A stretch of DNA of 64,000 nt from Balanoglossus misakiensis (Eukaryota > Animalia > Hemichordata): contig CM082583.2 of assembly GCA_040954595.2 (NCBI GenBank), positions 6,756,849 through 6,820,848 of the forward strand, read 5' to 3'. The number at the start of each line of letters is the position of its first letter. The stretch's first letter is position 1. The notes below the pieces were generated by a model. That model ran no database searches and was not told the origin of the DNA. It saw nothing but the letters and a program-made list of their open reading frames with translations. Both the position numbers and the translations under genes were made by a program. Of the stretch, positions 42,201-54,200 are shown one piece after another.

Positions 42201-45200
42201 GAAAAGAATGCGGTAATTTTTGTTGTGTGATTAATTAAAGGGTAGGTATGTCAGGGGGAGACTTATGGGTTTGGGGTAATAGGCTTTAAAACAATGACTA
42301 TAGACTTTCAATGTCCTTTTATCGTCATCAATAATCTGCCTTTTATGCAGATTCTACAGCTCTGGGAAAACACTTTGAATACTTATTTAAAAGTTTGCTC
42401 GCTGGGGGAATCATTAAATTTCTGTAAACAAAAGTGCAAGTTTTAAACAATCTAGATTTTATTGACTCACATAGCATCCTTATCTTCATATCACATTATC
42501 TGAAATTCTCTACAGATTACAACCACCTGTTTGTTATCACCGACAGTCATTACACATCACTCTTTGAGCATTTCCTGATGGCTCCAACTCTGCTGTCCAA
42601 TTTTAACAACTTTTTGTAACTATCAAAAATATAACATTTTACTTCGAAATTAATTTGTCCAAAAAAATAATAACAATTATAATTTAATTTCTGGCACACA
42701 TCTTTTAAAATCGGACCAGAGACAGAATATTGTCCAAGTAGTTTCTTTTTCAATGTTTTGCAAAGCTGGTGATACGTTGATGATCAATCTGTATTTAATT
42801 TGTCTCACACCCATTTTTCTATGTAAAAGAAGAAGGTCAAAGGGAAGCGGTATATGACCTGTATTGGCGGGGTTGTAATTTACTCGGCCTCTTTTGTTTG
42901 GTAGGCAGCACAAAGGCCAGCTACTATGCATAATGAGGTATGTGTCATTGTAGAGCTTGTGAATAAGTGAATAGGTGAGTGTGTGTGTGTGCAGAGTAGC
43001 TCTCACATGGTGAGTGAGTGACAGACCAAGTCTATAGCGGGGAATTTGGCCTGACCATGGCGATACTAAACCCAGTGTCCTGAGGTCGTCGCTTCTTTCG
43101 TGGACTTGGACTTGCATCTCTGCGTGTTGTTTTAGGAGACATTATTCCTTCAGATGTTGTTTTCCGTGTTTTCAGACACTGCAGGTATGTGCGCATAATT
43201 TAGGCATTAGGTGAGGTGGCATTTTTCAGCCGTTGGTAGCTGGTAATTAACATGTCTGAAGAGTGTGTGTATGTGTTGATTGTCGGCTTATTAGTGTAAC
43301 TGTGTTAAAAAGGGAGAGCTGTATACGCACTCGCAGACAGACAAATGCAACAGCATGTGCCTCAGGCATCCAATGATCTAACCACTGCACCCATGATAGC
43401 CACCATTGCATCCGAAACTTAATTACCAAGTTGGTTTGGTCTGCTAAAAGTTTGTTTCAGAAGTTGGGATTTATGTATTCGCCACGGAAGTTTAGGCCTT
43501 CAACTGCAGGTGTACAGAACTGAGATGTTGTTAATTAATCAACCAATTTATACTTGAAACTTGCAATGATAAGTTTTTGCATAACTGTTCAGTTCATGAA
43601 TTCTAAGTTAAATAGTGATTGTGTGATGCATCCATTGGTACAAGTTTGAATGGACATGCCCCTTGTCACAAGGTCATAGCATAAAAGATAGAACCCAATT
43701 ACATCTCTACTCAGAAGATCTCAGTTTGTTCTAGAAAAAAAATCATTTGGGCACTGTGTATTGGATGCAGGGGAGTTGTTGGTTGCGATAAAATGTAGCT
43801 CTACAGTGGATGGGTTTGGTTCCAAAGTAGAGCTTGAAGTCCATTCATTCAAAATTTCTAAAATATGTGCGCAATACCTTGACGGTATCGGCAACACATT
43901 TGACAAGTTGAGTTCTCATGTCAACTTGTGCCAAGTTCAGTCAGTGTGTTGGAAGTGCCAGACATCTTGGCCCACAAATGAACATTTTTGTATTTGTGTT
44001 ATTTTCATGTGCCAGTGTAGAGTTATACAAAACAATTAAGCCTTGCAATTTTGTTTCTCTTTCTGAGGAGGAGGGGCTGCATTAACTTGTCCCGGTTTAT
44101 GTGAAAATTGATAATACACGGGAGATGCAATATGTTGTGGAAGTAAAGGGGTTGAGAGTGTGCCGGTCTTTTGGACAGAGGCAGATTTGGAACACAGGCA
44201 GAGCTGAATGGGAAGTATTGATTTGTCAATAACATTGAACAGAGTGAATGGTCCAGCGAGAGTTTTGACAGTGGTGCTAGTGTTTACGCTTCAGTGCATT
44301 ACAAGTGCCGAGACATTGACAAGCAAATGATGTTGGTTGGTGATAGTTCAGAAATGCTGGTACCCTTTCCACAGTCTTGCCCAGATTGTTTTTTCATCCA
44401 ACCACAGTCCCTCGATCCATACGGAGGGACCGTGATTCAACAAGAGTTGTTTTCAGCATTCGAGTTCTTATGCAATGTAATGTATTGTAAAAATAAACTG
44501 ACTGCGTGATTATGATACAAATTGTTCTGTAATATTATGACATACTTTTCCTGCAAAACTTAACCCAAGTCTTGCTGACGAGGGAAAACAAATTCACATT
44601 TTTGCTGCTTTTAAATTTATTCATTTTTGTCATCTTGAAATCCGTGGTAATGCAAACTCTTTATTGACATACCTGTTTTTCAGGTGTAGGCTATTGTATC
44701 ATTCAGTTTTACCGGTATACTGTTGTATCTTTCCAACTATCGTGCACGTAGCTACATTTAGAAGCTACAAATGTCTACACTTGAAAGATATAATAGTCTA
44801 CTTTTGATTTGTGATACATGGCTTGACATTTGTTGTGTTGTGACATGTGGTCAAGTGTTTTCTGGTTCATATAGCCCTAGTTTGATTCGATTGTCAGTTT
44901 TATACTCTTCAAATATTTCATCCAGTTGTAATTTATGCACTTGAAAACAACCCTGGTCTTAGAAATCCTGTGCACTTTAAACCAGTGTTTTAAATATTTT
45001 TAACATTCCCTGTGTCTGCATCTGTAGCCTTGGGTGACCCGACTTACAAATTTGAATAAATCCACAATTTGTGTACATGTGGCATCTAGTAATGATAAAT
45101 GAAATCTATAAGTATAAAAAAGGGGTATAAGGGAAAAAATACGGCTGTTTTAAAACTTTTGGTCATTACACCCGTAGAGTTGCAGTTGAAATTTGGTATG

Positions 45201-48200
45201 TAATCAGTACACTGAACAAACAACCACTCCCATGTATAGGGGCTTAATGTGGTAGCCGAGTTTCTGGTCAACTGTATATCATCCCAAAAGAATGTGTGAC
45301 TGACCGAGGCTAAACATAGGTCTTCATTTGGCTCCCATCTTCCACGTACAGGGTCGGTGACATATTGTTAGCTGTCAATGGTAAGGACCTTACCGAGAAT
45401 CCTGCCGGCACCAACCCCCAAGTGATCCTGGCAACTTTACCGAGGGGATCTGTACGATTGATTCTACAGTCTTCCAACAGCGTCATTGAAGGTAAGATTA
45501 CAAGTGTGTGTCTGGCTGTGGGAATGAGTTTTGGCATGTCAGAGTCTGAAGTCCAAATGTGTATATATGCTCAGTTTTTGAAAAGCAGCCCGCATCATTT
45601 CACCAAGATTTCCTGTCTTGGTCTTACATTTGCTTTTCTCAGCTTTCGTGTGGAGGCACATTTTTTGAGTGGGTCGATACATTATGTAAATTCTTCAACC
45701 ATCAACAACACTGATTCTGTAAACATTATCAAGTGGACTTGATTTATTCATACTGTGTATGTCTTTTTCCTGCGCCACATATTGCTGTAAAATTCTTCAT
45801 TTAATTAAAACTGCAGCCGTGAACAATCACCACAACCTGATGTTGACATCTTGTATTGACAGAGTTTTTGGTAGAATTCAAAAAGAATTCTGTCAGTGAC
45901 GTACACATGTCCACTGTATATGTATATACGCAACCACCTGTGGCCTTCAGTGAGTTGAAGGGGGGGGGGACTTTCTAGAAGTTTGTAGCAACAATTTTAC
46001 ATCAAAGAATATACCGGTATATCAGACAGAATTTAGTAAATTTAAGTCTGGCAAATAATAGCATGTGTGTGATAATTGTCAGAAGCTTAAATGTCACTGG
46101 CAACGTGGAACATGGCTACCGATGATAAGTGTGGTATGCAGTCTCAAGGCTGCGCTGCCAGCGTACTTAAATTCATCACCCACCTTTTTTACGGATGTGA
46201 AGTGGATTGTGCAAGCTGGGTTCAACAGTGAAACAAGTTTCAAATGAGTGAATGTGCAGATGTGAGAACGTTGAAATTCCTGGAATTTGGCAAGATTTGC
46301 AATGACGATCAAGGCACACCTCCATATGATGATAAAGATCTCAAACTGGGATCTTTTTATTTGTTTATAACCATAGTGAAATAACAGTACATGATAATCA
46401 GTGAACAAAACCTACAGTGGGGTGTGAAAAGAATAACTAGTATTAGCAAGTACTTGAATTGTTAGTAATGTTGCCAATTAAATTAACAAAAACATTTTTT
46501 CTGTTATGACTGATTACAAATTGTTATATAAATCATCACGCAGACCTGACGACAATAGTAACAGTAATAAAAAAAAAAATATTTCTGTGTGTTGCTATTT
46601 GTACTTTGTGCAGTAGGAATAGATGAGGTATTGAGTTTAGGTGGGGGTAATTATTAAAATATCGAACTGGATGGAATGCTAGGAATTTTTATTTGAACTA
46701 CTAGAAACGGGCGATAACGTGAAAACATTTTCTCATTGTCTGGTGATGATTATGCACTCTGTTTGTACAAGGTGATAACAATGTCTGGCCATGAATCATA
46801 GGAACTGAAATTGGGTATTTGTTGTCAAGTGCTGGTATCTTAATTGCGTTCAAGTTGTTTTCGAAGGTGTTGAACTTCCCCCTGTACAAAGAAGTCGAAA
46901 AGTTCAATTTTCATCAAACATTGGTCTAATCTTTAAAAATGCAGTAAAGATATTGTAATGTATGTTCAATAATTTTCGTTTTCAATGAAACATGTTTTGA
47001 AGGTACATGTGATGGAAAAAATGTTCACTTATGTATTGTTTATTAGGATGGATCCAAGTTTGATTGTTTCCCTGAAAAGTACCAGCAACAAACAACATGA
47101 ATCATTCTGAGGGCCCCGAGTGTTACGTATTTCAAATATTTAGAATCCTGATTATGAAATTCTGTAAATTACCAGACATTGTTGTATTAGATTCATCTCT
47201 TGGCCAAAAAAATTGCCCAATTGTCCATATCTGACGAGATCAAATCCAATATCAATATCCGGGTATTGAACGAAGTGGAAGTGATGACCCAAATACCATT
47301 GCTGATGGTCAGTCTGTGCAAGAATGAGGAAAAAAATTGCTGATTGCAAGTTTAAATTTCAAAGTACCACAGTGACCCAGTTTTCATAGACTTGTCATGG
47401 GCAGCTTGCAGACAGTGAAGTCTTTGATGGACCAAAACACAGGCGATGTCTTTTAATCCCTTGGTTTCTATTCAAAACAGCCCATGCAGCGTATCTGTGT
47501 TTAAACGGATCAACATTCTGGATTGTGTAAAAAGCAAGACTTGAAAGGCACACTTAGGTGCTGTCGGAATGTTGCATACCCATACTTGCAGCTGGTTGAA
47601 GTACCCAGATTGTTGGAGCTTTTAACTTTATTTATTGCAAGGAAATCGTGCAGAAGAACACCATTTTGATTTTATTGCAAAGGAACCCTCATGGCAGACC
47701 CACGTTTTGTTTGGTTGAAGGTATTACTATGCTAGACAGGCCTGACTTTTTTGTTGTTTCTTTTTTGCATCCATTTCTTTTCAATGTCAGCATCAAAATG
47801 AGTGTTGCTTCAGTCCCAGTTTGAAGTCTGAGAGGAGAGTTTGACTTATGGCAGGTATTTGGAGTGATGTGTTTACACAGGAGGAGGGGGTTGTTGGATG
47901 GGGGTTCGATTGACACAAAAAGATAACCCACAGAGCACTGTTTTGTGTCAATTTGATGTTTTTTTTTGGAGCACAATATATGCACTGTGAGTGTGACGTG
48001 GACTAATTCAGGTGACTTGTTGACCATTATGAACATCTGCAGAACAGCGCAGGTACTGCTTGTGTTCATTATATAGCAGGCACACCAAAGGAAATACTTC
48101 AACTTTTGGGTGGAACTGGTTACATTTTTTCTGTTTGTCTCGCCCGGTGTGTCTGTTACGGTGTTTCGTGTTTCAGCAAAAATTCAAAGAATGCCATTAA

Positions 48201-51200
48201 AGTTTAAAATAACCACGACAACAAAAGTTTGTCCTGTTTGCCTGGTTTCTCACAATTAATACTCGGTTGTGTTGACGCAAGTGTGGCGTGACGTTCTCAG
48301 TGTGTGCTGAATGCTGGTGATAAACAACCCAATCTTTCAATTTTTAAACCAGCCCTTCTACGTCAGTGGTCTTCCCAAAAACAGAGGTGGAAAGAATTGT
48401 CACCATTATTCCAGTGTCTGTAACCAACTTTGCCCTCTGAAAACTGTGGAGTTCACCATAGTGTGTGGAGGGACCCTGAGTTAACTAATTATGGGAATAT
48501 CCCAGTGATTTACCACCTGCATTATTTTGCTGCAGGTGATGCATGGATGTGTAACTGCTCTTATGTTTATCAAAAAATAAAAAAAATATCAAGGAAGTAC
48601 GTGACTGAATGCTTTTTACTAGCAAGATTGACATCCTGTCAACAGATCCTGTACTAATTATACCCTTGACCGAATGGTCTACTAATAACTTAGACTCTCT
48701 CACAGCCCCTCTCGCCGTCCATGCAGGCTTATGGTCTGATTGTATGTGTGCCCGGCGAGGTTCGCTACACAACACCAAACGGTGCTTCTCCCTTGCCAAA
48801 CGGTTGAGAGCGCGTCAGTGAAGAGCCTTGTAGCGAACTGTGGGCTGTGAGAGAGTCTACTAATAACTAAGGCTCCATGTGACATCTTTGATTTAATTCC
48901 TGAAAATAATTTCTGTCATTTTTTTCACGTCACAGATAAACCTCTAGTTCAAGAGACTGAACCAGAAATTACACACAAAATGCCTCCAGTCCGTGTTCCA
49001 CCACCTGTGCCTCCGAAGCCGCCATCGCCGTTGCGGAAGACAGCGCCCCCACTCCCCGACAAGCCACCTCCATCTGACGTGGAGTCATTCTACGTGGTTG
49101 ACCCAACTTCGAAAGAATCCACCCGTGATAACAGTGTGGATGCTGCATCTTTCTCCTCGGAAGACCCGGGCTCACCGATCAAACCGCCGGTGGGCTTCAG
49201 CGACGAGGACAGCCAGAGCACCGCGTCGGTTTCCGCGAGCACGGGCGACGCGGACGGTTTCTGGACGGAGGAGAGCAATAACCAGGGGCCGAAAGATGGA
49301 GCCCCGTATCACTATCACCAGAAGTCGGAATCCTTGGACAGTGATTCTACGCCGCTGTCGCCCAGAATGCCCCCCGACGGACACGAGTTCCCCGACCGGA
49401 GATGTCCCAGCGCGTCGCCCCCACCAGTTCCACCCGACATAGGCAAGACCGACGACAGAAGCGTGCCATCCCCAGCGGATATCCAAGTCGGCCACGTGAA
49501 ACAAGAAAAGAATAACAATGCCAGTATTTCTGAGCCCACTGGTGATCACCTGGTCACGCACCAACCAGACGCGTTCCATGTTTCCCCTGGTGAGCATACA
49601 CCGGACACTGCAACAACTGTTCGAACGTCACCGGGAAATCGATCCCAAGACTCTGACACGGAGATGGACGGAAGAGCACCTTGGGCAGAGAAACGGACAT
49701 TACCGACAACCCCGCCAAGAAAGGCACTCTTTCACCCTCACACCGGGCTGTCCAGAACGAAAAAGAAAGACGACGACCCCAGTGACCTCTCCGTGAAGGA
49801 CAAGGCATCCATATTTGGGAACGTTGTCATGCGACGGAAATTGCCCTCCATGCCTCACTTCAGAAAATCCAGGAACCTGGAAGAGGAGGACGTCAGCTCC
49901 GGCGCCAGTAGCCCGGAATCGAACGTGAAACCCAAACACAAGACTGTTATACAACGGTTGCCACTCAATCCTCACTTGCAGCCGAAGAGTCCCAGCTGGG
50001 AGTCGAAACCGCCCGAGCCCAAACCAAAACCAGCACCCAAACCCAAGTCAAGAATATATGAACGCCTTAGGCAAAGGGACGGTGTGTTCTACGCAACACC
50101 TACGTACAGCGTAACGGCGGAAACAAATGACCAGGAAATTGCTGAGGAACCTGTACCTCAAAGCCAAGAGAGTTCACAGATTTTGCCAAGTACTCCGCCA
50201 CCACAACCTCCACCTGCTGTGCCGGATAAAGAGAAAACAGTTCACACGGCTCTTATTACTGAAATCACGAATGATTTTGATCCGGATTCCGGCCTCTACG
50301 AAACTGAATCTTATGACTCCACTGAGCGTGAAACTTCCTTGCATGCTTATATTCCGTATGAAACTCCAACCCGTGATGGGCCTGGTCATGATGAAAGCCA
50401 GACACCCGATTCTCACTATGCAACCCCAGCCAGTGTAGGTGCTCCCGTCATCTCTCCGAGCTCGGATTTGTCGCAGTATGAAACTCCACCTCCTCCCCCT
50501 CCAGAATTTGAGACGCCGCCACCTGTGATGCAGGACCTGCAGGACGAAGAAGCAGCCACGCTCGAGAAAATAGTTCACAGCGAGATGCCCGCAGCCGAGG
50601 AAGTCAGGCACGAGTCTGTGCACCCAGTAGATATAGCTGACCAGTCCGCCGACACCAGTATGAGTGAACAGTCCTCTGTCACAGACGAGCAGCCGCAGAA
50701 TGAAGACGACAGTAAGCCAGACACAAGTGTTAGCGAAAGCACCTCCGAGGACGGCAGGGTTGAAGTGGTGGAAGAAGATGACACCAGAGTCAGCGGCGTG
50801 ACTTCAGAAAGTGAGGATCACCAAGGAAGTGTTGTGGCAGAGATGGTCGAAGTAGACCAAGAAAGGAGAGATTCCTTGTCGAGTGACTCGAGCAGCACGG
50901 CAACTTTAGAAGACCATGAGAACTTAGCCACGCCAGAGTCAATGTTATCTCAACAAGATGTGGAGATTGTGGTGCCTGATGTGGTCGATATCGTCTGTGG
51001 CGTTGACGCCAAGTATGCTGTCCCTAAGGATGACGAGATCAAAGCTATACCCGCGGATGATGAAATTGCAGCGCCCTCAACAGGCATCGTGGAGACAGTG
51101 GAGAGTCCACTGGAAAGTGTTCCACCACCACTTCCCATTGCTCTCGTTCCAGCTGAAGAGTTCCTACCTGAGACTGTTGATGTGGAAGTTTCCGCTGCTG

Positions 51201-54200
51201 TGGAGTTTGACCTTTCGGATGTCCCTCCACCGCTGCTTCCTACATCACCCGACGAATCAGTTGAGCCACCAGTATCTTCATCCGAAGTTGATGTAAGTGA
51301 AGCCCCTATAGTTCCTAGTCCAGTGCATGATGAAGATGTACCGGTAGATGAGGACGATGCCCCTCCATTGCCAGCCTGTCCACCACCGCCGATAATGGAC
51401 TCCCCTAGTGTGGATGTTGAGGAGCCCATCCTGGATTTGACTGACATGACGGAGCCAGTCAGCGACGATGCAGAAGCTCTGCATCCCAGTGAGCCAGATG
51501 ATGTGGAAATGGCTCTGGCCGACGCCAGTGAGCAGCTGACAGAACTGACCCAGGAGCAGATCTCTGAAGAAGTCGGAATGAAACACGGCACGAGTGATTC
51601 TGAAAGCGGAAGCAACCTGTCGTCCTCATCATCCAGTACACCAAGGTCATTCGCTCCACTATTGAAGACTGTAGATGCCAAGCCGCAGTCACACTCACCT
51701 CTTGATAAGCAATCGAGAACTGCAACTCCCGAGCCGAAGAGACTCTCCGTGCCGAACAGAACCACTCCAGGTCTTAGTTCTACACTCCCCAGAACCAAGA
51801 AGACCCCGCCCGCTTTGTTCCTCAAGAGCCCCAAGGAACCCTCGCCAACTTCATCCACCAGATTCAGTCTTAAATTCAGCCTCACAAGTTTGAAACCCGT
51901 GGAAAAGAAAAGGGACGATTCCAAGAAGACTGCTTCCAGATACCAGCCCAAAATGGAATTCCAAAAACTTACAGTACCGAAAAAAGAGAAAGAGAGAGAT
52001 GCTCCAAAACCAGTTGTTGAATCCAGTCGCACTGATGACGTGGCTAAACCTTCCTCCAGTACAGTTCAACCAGTGGATGTGGAATTACCGTTATCAGCTG
52101 CTCCGTCTGAAAGAAAGGCAGAGGTGAACGTGGAAAAGTTGGAACCAGAAAGTATTGAACCTGAAGCAGAAATCCAGCCATTGGTGGTTCATACTTATGT
52201 TGAAAGTATGCCTGAAAAAATTATGGATGAGCCAAAGACAGCGGAACCTGCACTGGCGATCACTGCTGAAGTTCAACAAGAAAGACTAGCACAGCCGGTT
52301 GAAGCAGCTCCTGAACAGAGCGCTGACAAAATGGACAGTACTGTCCACACCAAGCCCAGGGTGGACTCTGAAACAGTTGAAGTGAAAGAAGAAAAGAGTG
52401 AGATTGAGGTTTCTCCTGCGAGAGCGGAGACGAAACCAGATCTGCCTGTTAAAGCCAAGGAACAACAGACAGACTTGCCAGAACACAGGCAAAGCACTCC
52501 TCACAGAAAAGTACCACCGGTTGTGCCAGCAAAACCTGATCATGGAAGACGGAATGAATCCGAGGCAACAGTGCCGGCGCGAGCCCCGTCGCCGCAAAAG
52601 ACGGACAAGGAGACCGGCGGTCAGCCGAGAAGCGTCTCCGAGTCTCCAACATCAGCTGGGAAAATACCATCACCTCGCACGAAGAAAGGGTACCACTTCT
52701 TCCAGTCCAGCCGGACAGATAACACCGAATCACCACCTCCACCTCCACCACCCGCAGATGTCAAGGAAAGTCCCCCCGAGAAGGTCACCGCTGAGATGGC
52801 AGCGCAGAGGAGGGCAATGTTGAAGGAGAGCATGTCGCCCTCGGGTTCACAGGTGGAACGAGAGACAGAAACCGCGGCCTGGGTGTCCAAACCGGAAGAC
52901 GAAGAGGATCCCTACAAGCACATCACTCTGAGGAAAAAAGCGGAACCGGTCAGGGGTGTGTACTCTTCCCCGAGGGTCAGTGACCCAAGCAATTCAGACG
53001 TCGTGCGCCGACGATCTCCCAGGCAGTACACCACAGCCGCCAGCCAGAGGTGGTCCACTCCCAGCACTCTGGATTACAGGCAGGGAAGGCTGTCCACGGA
53101 CCCACCATTGTCGCACTCCGACAGGAGAACCGGCACCAGCCAGGAATCTCCGGCTACTGCCGGATACCGATCCAGCAGCATTTCCAGCGACGACGATGTT
53201 GCAGCCGCCACACCCCTGGAGCGCCGGTATCTCAGGACATCCGTCGAAACTCCAAAATCTCTGGAGAGGCCTACTTTTAGAGAAGCTCCGTTGGAACGTC
53301 GGCACGGAAGAGCTCCCAGGATATCGGAAAAGACTACTCCCGAGGAAACTCCGACTCAGCGCAGGTACGGAAGAAGTCCGTTGTCAGACAGAAAGTCTAG
53401 TTCTGAAGAATCTGTTGAAAAATCACCAGTACCCGGGGTGCAATACAGACATGGCAGGCCCTCGGGAAGATCACCAGCTTCGTCTTCTGAAAAGAGGTGG
53501 TCCACTCCTGTGGACTTACCAGTAAGATATGAAAGATTTTCATATTTACCACCAAGTCCGTCGTCGTCGTCATCCAAGCTAAGGGTCTCTTCCACCACTA
53601 GTCCTGCTCAACATGAGCCAGACGAGACAACAACCATCAAAACGTCAACACCTTTGGCGAACAGCCAACAGTCTCGGAGGTCAAGGGCAACAGAAGACAG
53701 TCCGACCTCTTCTCCCAGACTGCTGTCTTCAAGGCGTCTGCGACTGAGTGGAATTGGTTCAGGCAACGGTAGCGATTCAGATGGGGCGACTCTAGACGAC
53801 GACAGACCGAGATCATCACCAAGACCATTTGATTGGAAGAAGTCGCCCATGATCGGTAAGAACTAATATGCCATACTAAAGAATTTCTGTGTTTTGAGTC
53901 CATTCATTTCAAGTTTTTCATGGAATCTTTCAAAAGCCTATATGCTAGAGATCTCAAAACAATTTCATGAGTAGGAATCTAAGGTCGGATATATAATTTT
54001 TTTTGACATGTAACTATATTGTAGTGTTTCACTGTCTCTCTACAGTGTCCCCAACCCAGCAGATCTCAGAAGTGTAGACTGCCTATACTTTATACTAACA
54101 TCATTATACAAATCTAGTTTTTCTCCGTCTCAGATATTTTCCATTTTCTGCCTTTACTAATTTCAGTGCATTGTAAATTAAGTATCCCCAGGTAAAACAG

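Noticed and set aside
43315-43405. Minus-strand tRNA-like or SINE-head-like sequence (GGTGCAGTGGTTAG...)
   Set aside because: B box degenerate and no cloverleaf; at most an old SINE fragment.
50950-52032. 360-aa antisense ORF and other nested ORFs in the giant exon
   Set aside because: Expected from the codon bias of the S/P/E/T-rich sense frame.
48980-53866. 1628-aa ORF as a standalone gene
   Set aside because: Bounded by a phase-matched acceptor (48935) and donor (53856) that link it to the flanking PDZ exons.
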